From a virus, in IMG/VR virus record IMGVR_UViG_3300023174_000082, positions 52,951 through 116,950 of that record: DNA of 64,000 nucleotides; one strand, written 5' to 3'. Under the pieces are notes generated by a model. That model saw only the letters and a list, made by a program, of their open reading frames with translations. It was not told the DNA's origin and did not search any database. Below are positions 28,988 through 39,293 of the stretch, piece after piece. How positions within the stretch are numbered: position 1 is the stretch's first letter; every line of letters starts with the position of its first letter. The position numbers and the translations under genes are program-made.

Positions 28988-31900
28988 ATGGCAAGAAAAA
29001 GATTATATGAGTATACGTTTACCCCAGGAACTGCTGGTTTAGGTACAGTAGCAGTTCCTAACCGGTATAACCTAGCAGACATTCTGGCCATCTACGACAC
29101 AACTTACAACGTTGCTATCTACAATTTTGCTGATCCTACATTGGGGGGCACAGTAAGCTGGGCTGCTGGAGTTACCGCTGCATTTCCTGCTGCGTATGCC
29201 GGTGTTACAACCATCACATTGGATTTAAACACCAGCTCATATCTCAGCACTGATAAGTTAGCAATTTATGTTGAAGATAGAGACTTACAAATTCAACCCT
29301 GGGACTATGGCATGGATGCCATTGGCCGTGAACGTGTTTCAAACCCAGAATCGTTGATTGACGCTGACTTTGAATATGGATTGCAAAACACCAAATGGGA
29401 AAACGTTTCAACCACAAACAACATTCCCAGTTTCTATGAAGACATTGGCGCAGATATTGTTTACAACACCAATGGTTATCTTACACTGTTGGCTGGTGAC
29501 GATGTAATCACATCCAACGTTGATACATCAATCAAATTGGAAAATCAAGGTACAGCACCTTGGGTTGCTGATGACTATGTGCTGATTACTAGCCAAACAC
29601 AAGGCAATACAACTCCGCTTGTGTCAACCTATACAACTGCTAATGTCAGCAGTTCAGCTGAACGCACATTTACTGTTGCCAGCACAACTGGAATGACTGC
29701 CGGAGATCTGGTGTTGATCATTGGCCGCCCAACCTCTGGTGGTACCACAACTGCTGTGGCTGCTATTACCAGCACTGCTACAACTACACTTAACGTTACC
29801 AGTGCATCTGGCGCTGGCATGGTTGATGGTGCCTACATCATTGTTCAAACTGATACTGCAAACGTTTATGAAGTGATGGCAATTACCAACGTAGCAACCA
29901 ACGCACTTACTGTGGTACGCCAGTCAAATCGATCAAACGGTGCTGGAGCTAACATTGCAATTGGTAACAATGCTTACACTGTGGCCACTCTTGAAATTGC
30001 TCAAGTTCAATCAGTCACTGACGGCACAACAATACAACTCAATCGTGGTTGGTATAACAGTACATCGGCAAATTCTTATGCAACTGGTACAGTAATGCAA
30101 CGTTTGAGTGGCAACGTAGAACTTTGTCAACACACTGTGATCAGTACTGCAATCAACGGAACACAAACAATCACACGTGGCCAATTTAATACCACAGCAC
30201 TTACTGCCGCAGGTGTTGGATCACCTATGATCCGTATGACTGGTATGTTTTATGCTACTGGTGCTAACACAATTCCACAAGTTGGTGTCAATCAAAGCGA
30301 CACTCCATTGGACGCTAATGAATATGTGAGCACACAAAATACCAACAACTCAAACACCGAAGGTGTGGGCCTAGTATTCCAAGCAAATACCAATAACTTT
30401 TTCTACTACCCACGTCGTAGTCCAAGTTTGGCACCTGGTTATCCACTCAATCAAACAGATACAATTATTCGTCAAGCATATCCGTATACTGGCGGCTCAA
30501 TGAACGTGTCAAGTATCACAAGTGACGGTGCAAACCCAAGCACAATTACTGTAACAACAACTTATGCTCACGGTCTTGTGCCAGGAACTCCTATTTTGAT
30601 GAATTTGAGTTCTGGTACCAATGCCGCTTATGCTGAAGGTTCATTTACTATTATTAGCGTGCCTAGCACAACTACATTTACCTACACTGCCAAAACTGGC
30701 GCCGCAGTCAGTGGCAGCATTGCTGGTCTTGCCTTTGTTCGAAGTAATGCAGCGTTCCTGCCAAGACCATTTGATGGCGGTGTGTTGATTGGTCCAGGAA
30801 CACCAACACGTGGCGCAAGCGCAATCCGTGTTACTAAAAAGTACTTCCGCTACCAGTCTGGTAAAGGTCTCTTGTTCTCCACTGGTACTGTGTTGGCGCC
30901 AACATTTGACGTTACCGCAGTGAGTGCTGATGGAACTGCCACCAACAGCAACATCACTATCACTGTTGACGTTGAACATGGACTTAATTCCGGAGCTACG
31001 TTAACGCTGTCAGGAGTGACTACCAGCGGGTACAATGCTTCAGGATATGTTGTAACATCAATCACAAGCGACACCAGTTTTGTTGTGCAAGCTCAAACAA
31101 CACTTGGCTCAACCACACCTGAACTGGGACAATCACCTAGAATCAACATCACTGGCTGGCACGGTGCTAGTATTCGTGCTGGTATGTTTGATGATCAAAA
31201 TGGATTGTTCTGGGAAAATAATGGTATCACAGTAAATGCAGTTCAACGCACCAGCACAAATCAGCTGGCTGGCTTTGTATCAGTTGGTGTGGGCAGTAAC
31301 TTAGTCACTGGTGACGGCAACTGCCGATTCCAAGACCAAATCAACAATGGTGACTTAGTTGTTATCAAAGGTATGAGCTACACAGTTACTAGTATCACTG
31401 ACAACAACCGCATGACCATTGTGCCACCATATCGCGGAGTCACAAATCAAACTCGTGTGAGAATGGCGTTGCGCACTGAAATTCGTGTACGACAAGCAGA
31501 CTTTAACGTTGATCCATTGGACGGCACAGGAGCATCAGGCTACACATTAGACGCAAGCAAAATGCAGATGTATGCCATGGAATATTCATGGTACGGTGCT
31601 GGTACTGTGGCTTGGATGCTTCGCGGACAAGATGGACGTTTTGTACATGCACATCGTAGACCCAACAACAATTTGAACAATGAAGCATACATGCGTTCTG
31701 GTAACTTGCCAGCTCGTTATGAAGCCATCAACGAAACACCTGTAGTAGGTTTGTCTGGAGCAATTGACAACAGTCAAACAACTATTACACTAACAGATGC
31801 CACAGATTATCCATCAGCAAGTGTTACATATCCTGTGTTTGTGATGATTGAAAGTGAAATTATCAAGTACTCGGGCAAAGCAGGCAATCAACTTACTGGT

Positions 31901-32947
31901 TGCACACGTGGTGCTACATTTACACAGTGGGCAGACGGACAAAGCCGCAGTTACACATCTAGTGCAGCCGCTGGCCATGCCAATAACACTGGTGTCATAT
32001 TGATTTCTAATACTTGTGTGCCACTGGTCAGCCACTGGGGTAGTGCAGTTATTATGGATGGTAGTTTTGATGGTGACGAAGGTTTTCAGTTTACTTACAA
32101 CCGTACCAACTATGGTTTGCCACCAAACATTGGTGATAAAGCAGTGGCTTTTGCTATGCGTCTAGCACCATCAGTGTCAAATGGTATTATTGGTGATCTT
32201 GGTGTGAGAGAACTTATCAATCGCTCTCAGTTGACATTAGCAAACTTGAACGTTCAGGTAACAGCAGGTCGTTATTTAATTGAAGGTATTTTGAATCCTT
32301 CAAACATTGATTCTGCCAATACTAGCTGGCAAGGTCTGAATAACTTGGGCGGTGGATTCCAACCTAGTTTTTCACAATTCTCAACTGCGCCACGTTACAC
32401 TTCTGAAGCAACAGGTGGTTTGACAAGTGCTCCATACAACACCACAGGTGGTATGACACGCTCAGGTGTTAAACTGACATTCAGTTCTGCGCAAACTTAT
32501 GCCAACTTGACACCTACAAACGTATCTAGCTCAGGTGCTAATGCTAAAATTACCGTGCAGTTGACAGCCGCAGGCACTACCTATTCAACCACAACCACAC
32601 AGATTACTGTTCAGCAAGCTGGCACAGGTTATGCTGTGGGAGATACAATTAAAATTCTTGGTAATACCTTAGGTGGAGCAACCACTGCAAACGACTTGAC
32701 AATGACCATTGCGGCTATTACAAGTGAACTGCAAGGTGGCGAACGTTTGTTTGCTATTCCAATTTCAACAACCAACTCAGGCGTGTTGGATTTGGGTTCT
32801 GTTAAACAAATTGGCACAAGCTCAATCCCAGGAACAGGAACTTTCCCCAATGGACCAGAAGTATTGGCTGTGCAGATCACTGCACTAACAACACAAGTGG
32901 CACCAGTGGGCGAAATTCAATTGCAGTTTGAAGAAAGTCAGGCTTAA
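28988..32947 (+). CDS. Large virion structural protein (1319 aa)
   Basis: T/G/S-rich. DAIGRERVSNPESLIDADFEYGLQ.TKWE, RPFDGGV, RYQSGKG, YSWYGAG and SHWGS motifs recall large myophage structural proteins. Confidence 0.7.
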   Translation: MARKRLYEYTFTPGTAGLGTVAVPNRYNLADILAIYDTTYNVAIYNFADPTLGGTVSWAAGVTAAFPAAYAGVTTITLDLNTSSYLSTDKLAIYVEDRDLQIQPWDYGMDAIGRERVSNPESLIDADFEYGLQNTKWENVSTTNNIPSFYEDIGADIVYNTNGYLTLLAGDDVITSNVDTSIKLENQGTAPWVADDYVLITSQTQGNTTPLVSTYTTANVSSSAERTFTVASTTGMTAGDLVLIIGRPTSGGTTTAVAAITSTATTTLNVTSASGAGMVDGAYIIVQTDTANVYEVMAITNVATNALTVVRQSNRSNGAGANIAIGNNAYTVATLEIAQVQSVTDGTTIQLNRGWYNSTSANSYATGTVMQRLSGNVELCQHTVISTAINGTQTITRGQFNTTALTAAGVGSPMIRMTGMFYATGANTIPQVGVNQSDTPLDANEYVSTQNTNNSNTEGVGLVFQANTNNFFYYPRRSPSLAPGYPLNQTDTIIRQAYPYTGGSMNVSSITSDGANPSTITVTTTYAHGLVPGTPILMNLSSGTNAAYAEGSFTIISVPSTTTFTYTAKTGAAVSGSIAGLAFVRSNAAFLPRPFDGGVLIGPGTPTRGASAIRVTKKYFRYQSGKGLLFSTGTVLAPTFDVTAVSADGTATNSNITITVDVEHGLNSGATLTLSGVTTSGYNASGYVVTSITSDTSFVVQAQTTLGSTTPELGQSPRINITGWHGASIRAGMFDDQNGLFWENNGITVNAVQRTSTNQLAGFVSVGVGSNLVTGDGNCRFQDQINNGDLVVIKGMSYTVTSITDNNRMTIVPPYRGVTNQTRVRMALRTEIRVRQADFNVDPLDGTGASGYTLDASKMQMYAMEYSWYGAGTVAWMLRGQDGRFVHAHRRPNNNLNNEAYMRSGNLPARYEAINETPVVGLSGAIDNSQTTITLTDATDYPSASVTYPVFVMIESEIIKYSGKAGNQLTGCTRGATFTQWADGQSRSYTSSAAAGHANNTGVILISNTCVPLVSHWGSAVIMDGSFDGDEGFQFTYNRTNYGLPPNIGDKAVAFAMRLAPSVSNGIIGDLGVRELINRSQLTLANLNVQVTAGRYLIEGILNPSNIDSANTSWQGLNNLGGGFQPSFSQFSTAPRYTSEATGGLTSAPYNTTGGMTRSGVKLTFSSAQTYANLTPTNVSSSGANAKITVQLTAAGTTYSTTTTQITVQQAGTGYAVGDTIKILGNTLGGATTANDLTMTIAAITSELQGGERLFAIPISTTNSGVLDLGSVKQIGTSSIPGTGTFPNGPEVLAVQITALTTQVAPVGEIQLQFEESQA

Positions 32948-33384
32948 TGTTCAGTGGCAAGATAGCGTTCAACAGTGTCTATCTTGTCCTGAATTGCTTC
33001 AATATTCACAGTTGACCACAAGCCTGGATGCATGGGTTTAGGCCAGGTACCTTTGTCTATCCAGGCATAGCCTAAATGTTCGTGATTTAGTGTGGGTTGA
33101 AATTCTTCAGCAACTACACATACCCAGGTGTGATATTCAAAGTTTAAATCTGCCGATGTGAATTTTTCCAAAGGCACCAAGCGTTGATAAACAGGAAAAC
33201 TTCCCAGTTCTTCAATGCATTCGCGTTCCATGCCACCCAGTAGAGTTTCGCCAGTTTCTACTTTGCCACCAGGCAATCCCCATGCACCAGGATGTTTTGA
33301 GTCGTTGCGTAACAAATAAAGATAACGTCCAGTGTTACTGGCCCTAAACCAAACACCTACGGCTTTTACAACACCAGTCTCCAT
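32944..33384 (-). CDS. Nudix hydrolase
   Basis: Nudix box GGKVETGETLLGGMERECIEELG. Start trimmed to ATG 33384. Confidence 0.88.
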   Translation of the reverse strand: METGVVKAVGVWFRASNTGRYLYLLRNDSKHPGAWGLPGGKVETGETLLGGMERECIEELGSFPVYQRLVPLEKFTSADLNFEYHTWVCVVAEEFQPTLNHEHLGYAWIDKGTWPKPMHPGLWSTVNIEAIQDKIDTVERYLATEH

Positions 33385-34763
33385 TGGCCTCCCGGATAGT
33401 AGCCTTGATAACTTTTCATCCATGCGTCACCAGTCCACACATACTGTTGGCTGGTAGTTATATTGGTCACATACTGCCCAGCAGGTTGACCGCTGGCTCT
33501 AAATGTAACGTGCCAATAATTGTTGGAGTATTCAATGATATCGTTGGCATCAGCAATAAGTGGTCTACCATTTGCACCAATCCAGGCTTCTGCTGGACCC
33601 GAGTTGTCACTGGAGCCTGTGCTTTCGGTAAGCAAATATCTTTGTCCTTCAAGCGCACTGTCCAATCCGTTTAATGGCCCACTTACCTGTGGGTTAATCA
33701 CAGCGTCAATTGCATCCATTGTGTTTTGCGGCACAGTATCAATGTCAATGTCGTACAGCACAAATCGATCATCATTTGGGTCAAGCGTGATAGTACCAAC
33801 AACCTCAGACCCATCGGGTTGTTCCAAATAGATTTGACTAATTCCAGGTCGTAAAACACCGTACGCATCAATAATTGCCGGCCACAACAAATTGCTACCG
33901 CTTGCAATAACTGTTGGTGCTAGGCTGCTGTTGCTGGGCTCATCTACAGAACTTGGTGGACGCAAAATTTGTATTTTGTTGCCAATCAACACTGTGGCAT
34001 AGTTGTAAGGAGTGATTACCTGTCTGGTGCCCAACAACAAATCATTGTTTGTTATGGCATCAACAGCATCACCTTGTGCATCAAACACACTGGCAATGAC
34101 CCTTTCTACCACACCTAATTTTTTAACTTTGGCTGGTGAACTGATCCAAATTGGCAATGTAAAACGCAACGTGCATATATCTATGGGATTCTCTGTGCCC
34201 ATGGGTATGGTGCGAGACGTCCATGTTGTACCGTCCAGTTCTACCACACTCAATGAAGTCCAATCAATGTAATTGTCTGTGCTTTGAATTTCCAAACTGG
34301 GATTGAACAGCGTTAAAATTTGCTCAAGCAATTGCAATTTTTGATTGGTGTTTGAAGTCCACAAGTCTAAATTTATAGTCAGCTTGTAAGGAACAGGCAT
34401 CAATCTTTCAATGGTAAATGCATTGCCTTGAGTGGTTTCGTAAGTTTCAGTGCCTGGGTCATAAGTGCGTTGACGCACAGAAATCTTACTCACATGATAA
34501 GGCTCTTGGATTCTAGGTCTATCGTAATCTAGTGCAGTGATGTAAAATGTCATCAACGGAGTAGATGGCAAACTGCTTGCAGAATTTTGCTGAAGAATAG
34601 TTTGTGCGTTTCTACTTGAATCTCCGTATCTCACAGGAACTCTAAGCAAGGCCGCATTTTCGCTGCCTTCTTCTCTGCCGTACTCAACTTGGAATCCTGA
34701 AAAGATTCTAGTGAATTGCAGTAAGAATCTGCGTATTTGTTCGTCGTAAAAAAATTGTTGCAT
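33366..34763 (-). CDS. gp15: Tail sheath stabiliser / tail terminator, gp15-like, with C-terminal extension
   Basis: FFYDEQIRRF...F, VPV.YG, MPVPY and QLLEQI..LFNP. Confidence 0.85.
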   Translation of the reverse strand: MQQFFYDEQIRRFLLQFTRIFSGFQVEYGREEGSENAALLRVPVRYGDSSRNAQTILQQNSASSLPSTPLMTFYITALDYDRPRIQEPYHVSKISVRQRTYDPGTETYETTQGNAFTIERLMPVPYKLTINLDLWTSNTNQKLQLLEQILTLFNPSLEIQSTDNYIDWTSLSVVELDGTTWTSRTIPMGTENPIDICTLRFTLPIWISSPAKVKKLGVVERVIASVFDAQGDAVDAITNNDLLLGTRQVITPYNYATVLIGNKIQILRPPSSVDEPSNSSLAPTVIASGSNLLWPAIIDAYGVLRPGISQIYLEQPDGSEVVGTITLDPNDDRFVLYDIDIDTVPQNTMDAIDAVINPQVSGPLNGLDSALEGQRYLLTESTGSSDNSGPAEAWIGANGRPLIADANDIIEYSNNYWHVTFRASGQPAGQYVTNITTSQQYVWTGDAWMKSYQGYYPGGQWRLVL

Positions 34764-34765
34764 TG

Positions 34766-36136
34766 TTAACTTGACTTTTGTCCAGGTTGTGTGCCAGGGA
34801 AAGGTTTAGCAGGTTTGTCGCCACCTTGATCACCATTGTCGGCCCGAGGTTTCAATATCTCGCTGAGACTTTGTCTACTTGGTATGTTACCCATGTCAGT
34901 AGTAGGCACAGTGTATGTATTGTTCACAAAGGTCGAGCGCAAAGTATCATTGGTAGGACCATTGTTAAGGTTTGTACGCACATTGCTTTCAATTTTGACC
35001 CAGCGGCGGCCATCATAGCGGAACAGTCGATTTGGTTGATAATCTAATCGCAAGGCATAATCTCCACTTACAGGATTGGTTGGAAAACTCACACCCGGAG
35101 TAACAGGCAAGCCATTTGGCGCCATGTCGTCGCCAGTGAGATAGCCCATAGTATAACCAAATGACTTTGGTGTGACATTCATGCCACCTTGTGTGCCATC
35201 CACAGTGACAGTGCTTTCGGAACCAAGGCTTGCTGGATTGGCAGGTTGACCATCTTGTGTGGGCTCAATATAAAATTTGGTTACGTCATACCCGCTCAAT
35301 GGAACTTCCACGTCAGCCTGTGTGAGTATGGCGTCGTTGATTTGTGTATCTTTGGTGCGAGTACCTTGCACATCACTGATGGTAGCAGGAGTGTAGGGTG
35401 CCCAAAATTCAGTGTTGGTTATTTCTGTGCCTGCTGGAGTATTTTTTTGAGCTTGATAATATACATCTCCATAGTTCACAATAGAACCCATGGGATAAAA
35501 ATCACCTGGATCCCAAATGTACTCAGCCACAAAAGGTTTGTCAGTGATTGATTTGTATTCTTGTTGATCGTTCAGTGGCGTGGCTTTCACACGCCACAAG
35601 TGTGGCAACCAAGTTTGTGAAAATCCCTCAGAAGCAAACGCCGCATCTTGTATCACATAGTATTTTGGAAATGCTTTTGGGATAGCAGGATTCAGCGGAT
35701 TGTAATCTTTTAAATTTGGAATCTCAAGCACATCGCCGTTCATGAGTTTACGACCAAATGTGTCAATCATGTCGTTGTAGTGGAACGTGATAAACAGCGT
35801 GTCGTTGTTCAAAAACAAGCCAAATTGTGTAAGGTCAAAATCAATGTCTTGTGTGTTGTACACACCGCGCATGACATAAACATCTGTGTCATACACTCTA
35901 TCTCTGTTTTCCAGCAACAGCAAGTCTTGAATGTTCAGTACACTTTGCGTTTCATAAACGGGTTGAGTGGCATCAGCATTGCCGCTGAATGCAGAATCTT
36001 GGCCGCCAGTTTCTGGCCCTAGATACTTGTGAACAAGGATATCCAATCCTCCCACAGTGTACATTTCACTGATGGTGCGGTCAAAAAATTGATAATCTTT
36101 GGTTCGGTTAGGGCGGTAGAGTGACAGGCGAGGCAT
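34766..36136 (-). CDS. gp14: Neck protein gp14-like with insertion
   Basis: IQDLLLLENRDR.Y, DLTQFGLFL..D.LFITFH and LGRK-like motif; adjacent to gp15. Start reassigned to MPRLSLYRP, 7 nt after TAAATA (36149-36144). Confidence 0.75.
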   Translation of the reverse strand: MPRLSLYRPNRTKDYQFFDRTISEMYTVGGLDILVHKYLGPETGGQDSAFSGNADATQPVYETQSVLNIQDLLLLENRDRVYDTDVYVMRGVYNTQDIDFDLTQFGLFLNNDTLFITFHYNDMIDTFGRKLMNGDVLEIPNLKDYNPLNPAIPKAFPKYYVIQDAAFASEGFSQTWLPHLWRVKATPLNDQQEYKSITDKPFVAEYIWDPGDFYPMGSIVNYGDVYYQAQKNTPAGTEITNTEFWAPYTPATISDVQGTRTKDTQINDAILTQADVEVPLSGYDVTKFYIEPTQDGQPANPASLGSESTVTVDGTQGGMNVTPKSFGYTMGYLTGDDMAPNGLPVTPGVSFPTNPVSGDYALRLDYQPNRLFRYDGRRWVKIESNVRTNLNNGPTNDTLRSTFVNNTYTVPTTDMGNIPSRQSLSEILKPRADNGDQGGDKPAKPFPGTQPGQKSS

Positions 36137-36157
36137 AGTTAAGTATTTATGGGCAGG

Positions 36158-36186
36158 TTGACCAATAATTCCCAACCTGTTATACT
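36158..36186 (+). promoter_or_regulatory. sigma70-type early promoter
   Basis: TTGACC-17 nt-TATACT, with ATG 36193 six nt downstream. Confidence 0.8.
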
Positions 36187-36192
36187 TTGGGC

Positions 36193-36450
36193 ATGAAAGT
36201 AGTTAAACTGGACCGTAGATTTCGCCAATTCAAACAGCACGGGCATGTGATTGCGGTGCGATGTGATAGTTGGCTGGGGGAAGGTGTTGCTCTTGAAAAA
36301 ATATGCAATGCTAAACTGGAAGGCCACGGCTACATGCCCGACAATGACTGGCATGCATATTTTGGCAAAGACAACGGCCGCCCCAACCGCCCATTCTGGA
36401 TTTCCTTCCGCAGGGAAGCAGATCTTACTTTAGTACTACTTTCTGCCTGA
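36193..36450 (+). CDS. Small early hypothetical protein
   Basis: MKVVKLDRRF..., directly after the sigma70 promoter. Confidence 0.7.
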   Translation: MKVVKLDRRFRQFKQHGHVIAVRCDSWLGEGVALEKICNAKLEGHGYMPDNDWHAYFGKDNGRPNRPFWISFRREADLTLVLLSA

Positions 36451-36479
36451 TTGACCAAATAATCAAAATCTGCTATAAT
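36451..36479 (+). promoter_or_regulatory. sigma70-type early promoter
   Basis: TTGACC-17 nt-TATAAT with an extended-like TGC before the -10 box. Confidence 0.85.
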
Positions 36480-36506
36480 ACACACTTGTTCACTACAGGA
36501 GCCCGT

Positions 36507-36794
36507 ATGCAAAAGGCAGCAAATTTTGTTGCAAAGTACTCTACTGCCAACAAGTCCAAAGCAGTGGTGCCTTATGACCTAATAAAAGCCACAGAAAAAT
36601 GGGTGGAGTACAGCCTGGACATTGTGGATATGAATCGTATTTTGATGCAGTCAGACTTTGACACCAAATGGCGGCTGATGGAGGCTCTTGATGTTGCAGA
36701 GCGCAAACGAAAGTACATGTACAACCACAAAAACTTTAAACTCAAACGTGCCACGCAATTGTTTGAACTCTGCCGAGATTTACCTGTAAAATAA
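36507..36794 (+). CDS. Small basic early hypothetical protein
   Basis: SD AGGAG at 36497, ATG 36507 (MQKAANF...). Confidence 0.7.
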   Translation: MQKAANFVAKYSTANKSKAVVPYDLIKATEKWVEYSLDIVDMNRILMQSDFDTKWRLMEALDVAERKRKYMYNHKNFKLKRATQLFELCRDLPVK

Positions 36795-36806
36795 GTAAGG
36801 ACACAT

Positions 36807-37943
36807 ATGAGCACCACATTCAAAATTAAACTGCTAAACCCTCGCAGTTCTGACACCAACATCTTGGGCATGGAGCCTACTTGGCAGATCCAGCCCACAG
36901 AGTATCGTACCAGTCGACTGAGCAAAGCATTCTCGTGGTACAACTATTTCTACGGCAAGAAAGATGCCCGGGATATGATTGTAAACTATCTTGAAGCACA
37001 TGACCGCAAGGCCGATGTGCGACTGCTCAAAGGCATTCCAGATTCAGCCATTCGCTTGACTACAGGTTGGCTGTGCCGAATGAGCATGGTGGGCTTGGAA
37101 CTGCATGCTGAGGAACAACTCAAATTGCAAAACCAACTGCGAGAAATATTGGACAGCAAGCAGAATGAAGTTGCGCCCGAAGCAGTAGTGGAAGACGCTA
37201 CACCAAGAATTACCATCCAAGACCGACTGCGCGAAAAAGCGGCTGAGTGTAACGGTGAATTGGAAGGCTTATTTGATGAATTCATGCTAAGTGGCGCCAA
37301 AATGACTGCTGACTTCAAACCTGTAGTAATCATGCGTGGATTGAACGTAGCACCACAACTGATCAGTCAAATTTCTGACAACTGGAAACGCAAGCTCTCA
37401 GAGTTTGAGCGTGTGGCAGAAGGCAAAGACCCTCAGTTGATCGAAGGCTACAGTTACCTTTCTAAAATACAACTGCGCAATGTGATCAAGTTTTGCGAAG
37501 CTGTGGTCAACGACTGCGGTGCTTATGTGCAGATCAAGAAAGTGGAACGCAAGCCACGCAAGGTCAAGGCAGTGCCACCAGAAAAACGTGCGGCCAAGTT
37601 CAAGATGCTGGCAGAGTTTGCAGAACTCAAACTCAAATCATTGCCAGCCGCAAGCCTTGTGGACAAAACAGAAGCCTGGTTGTATGACAGCAAAAAGCGC
37701 AAGCTCATCCACCTTGTGGCAGACAGCCACACACAGGCATTCACTGTAAAGAACAACTCAATTATTGGGTTTTCAACTGTGGATACAGTACAAAAAACTC
37801 TGCGCAAGCCAGCAGAACAGCTGAAGGGTATTACAGGTGCTGGCAAGCCGGCAGCTCGCAAGGCGTTCAAAGATATCAAAGCCACTGAAACTGCATGGAA
37901 TGCCCGTGGCACAGAGAACTTGATCATACTCAAGAGTTGGTAA
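36807..37943 (+). CDS. Conserved hypothetical myophage protein (basic C-terminus)
   Basis: 378 aa with SD AAGGA; WYNYFY and KRKL...KTLRKP...RGTEN motifs. Function not recognised. Confidence 0.75.
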   Translation: MSTTFKIKLLNPRSSDTNILGMEPTWQIQPTEYRTSRLSKAFSWYNYFYGKKDARDMIVNYLEAHDRKADVRLLKGIPDSAIRLTTGWLCRMSMVGLELHAEEQLKLQNQLREILDSKQNEVAPEAVVEDATPRITIQDRLREKAAECNGELEGLFDEFMLSGAKMTADFKPVVIMRGLNVAPQLISQISDNWKRKLSEFERVAEGKDPQLIEGYSYLSKIQLRNVIKFCEAVVNDCGAYVQIKKVERKPRKVKAVPPEKRAAKFKMLAEFAELKLKSLPAASLVDKTEAWLYDSKKRKLIHLVADSHTQAFTVKNNSIIGFSTVDTVQKTLRKPAEQLKGITGAGKPAARKAFKDIKATETAWNARGTENLIILKSW

Positions 37944-37964
37944 ATATAGGGACACGGAGTCCCT

Positions 37965-38732
37965 ATGGCAGAACAGCAAGACACACTATCTCAACTCAAG
38001 CAAAATCTCAATGAGTATGTACAGCTTCAGCTGGGCAGTCAAATCATTGATCTTGAACTAGATCCCGAACATTACGAAGCGGCATATCAAAAGACCATTG
38101 GCACCTATCGTCAACGTGCTAACAATGCCTATGAAGAAAGCTACAGCTTCATGTACTTGGTCAAGGACGAAAACATCTACCAACTGCCGCAAGAAGTTGT
38201 AAGTGTGCGCCAAATATTCCGTAGAACATTTGGTGATGCAACTGGCCCATACGCAAGTAATTTTGATCCGTTTAGTCAAGCCAGCTTGAATGTGTATCTG
38301 ATGAACTTTAACGTGGCTGGTGGCTTGGCCACGTATGACTTTTACAGTCAGTACGTTGAGTTGGCTGCCAGAATGTTTGGCGGCTACATGAATTACACAT
38401 GGAATCCTGTAACTAAAAAACTGCAATTGATCCGTGATCCCAAAGGTACCGGCGAAGCTGTGTTGTTGTGGACTTACAACTTGAAACCAGAAATCAATTT
38501 GCTCAGCGACTATCAAATTCAACAATGGATCCGTGACTACATGGTTGCCAACTGCAAAATGATCATTGGTGAAGCCCGTGAGAAGTTTGGTCAGATAGCT
38601 GGCCCACAGGGCGGTGGTACCCTAAATGGCACTGCCATGAAAGCCGAAGCGCAAACCCAAATGGATGCTCTTCTTGAACAACTCAAAATGTATGTGGACG
38701 GCAGTCAGCCGTTGACTTGGGTAATTGGATAA
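37965..38732 (+). CDS. gp13: Neck protein gp13-like
   Basis: LG...IDLELD, Y.LP.EV..V and G.AR.KF..I.GP.GG..LNG. TAAATA at 37941. Confidence 0.85.
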   Translation: MAEQQDTLSQLKQNLNEYVQLQLGSQIIDLELDPEHYEAAYQKTIGTYRQRANNAYEESYSFMYLVKDENIYQLPQEVVSVRQIFRRTFGDATGPYASNFDPFSQASLNVYLMNFNVAGGLATYDFYSQYVELAARMFGGYMNYTWNPVTKKLQLIRDPKGTGEAVLLWTYNLKPEINLLSDYQIQQWIRDYMVANCKMIIGEAREKFGQIAGPQGGGTLNGTAMKAEAQTQMDALLEQLKMYVDGSQPLTWVIG

Positions 38733-38761
38733 TTGACACAAACATAAATCCCTGCTATAAT
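38733..38761 (+). promoter_or_regulatory. sigma70 consensus promoter
   Basis: TTGACA-17 nt-TATAAT, with ATG 5 nt downstream and no SD. Confidence 0.9.
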
Positions 38762-38766
38762 GTAGC

Positions 38767-39288
38767 ATGGACTTAATGATCGATCTTGAGGGCTTGGGAA
38801 CAGGCCCTGACACCACTATTCTTACCATTGCCGCCCAAGCGTTTGATCCGTTTGGCTCTGGCTATTACGAGCAATCATTCTATGCTAGGGTTACACTGGA
38901 AAGCCAGGAAACCCGTAGCATACAGCAAGGCACCATAGAGTGGTGGTCCACACAACCTGCGGTGGTTCGTGATGAAGCATTTGCTGAAGATGGCCGTATA
39001 CCCTTGGATGAGGCGCTTGATGGCTTGGGCCGACTAATTTGGCACTCCAAACGAATCTGGGCACAAGGTCCAACATACGACATGAACATCCTGGAGCATG
39101 CCTACAAGAGTTACAACAAACCCTTGCCCTGGCAGTACTATATGGTACGTGACAGTCGTACAGTGTTCTCGTTGTGGCCCGACCAGCCCATTCCGCCTAC
39201 CAGTCACCATGCACTAGAAGACTGCCGCCGACAAATAGGCATGCTACAAAACACACTCAAGCATCTTAGAGTTCAAGACCTAAAGTAA
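38767..39288 (+). CDS. DEDDh 3'-5' exonuclease (Rv2179c-like)
   Basis: LMIDLE, WAQG..YD..IL, RDSRT and HHALED. Confidence 0.88.
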   Translation: MDLMIDLEGLGTGPDTTILTIAAQAFDPFGSGYYEQSFYARVTLESQETRSIQQGTIEWWSTQPAVVRDEAFAEDGRIPLDEALDGLGRLIWHSKRIWAQGPTYDMNILEHAYKSYNKPLPWQYYMVRDSRTVFSLWPDQPIPPTSHHALEDCRRQIGMLQNTLKHLRVQDLK

Positions 39289-39293
39289 TTGGC

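Noticed and set aside
36137-36175. Longer starts in the ORF track (36175, 33423, 53129, 54811, 55368, 57213, 36486)
   Set aside because: Downstream ATGs fit promoters, SD sequences, gene overlaps or a signal peptide better.
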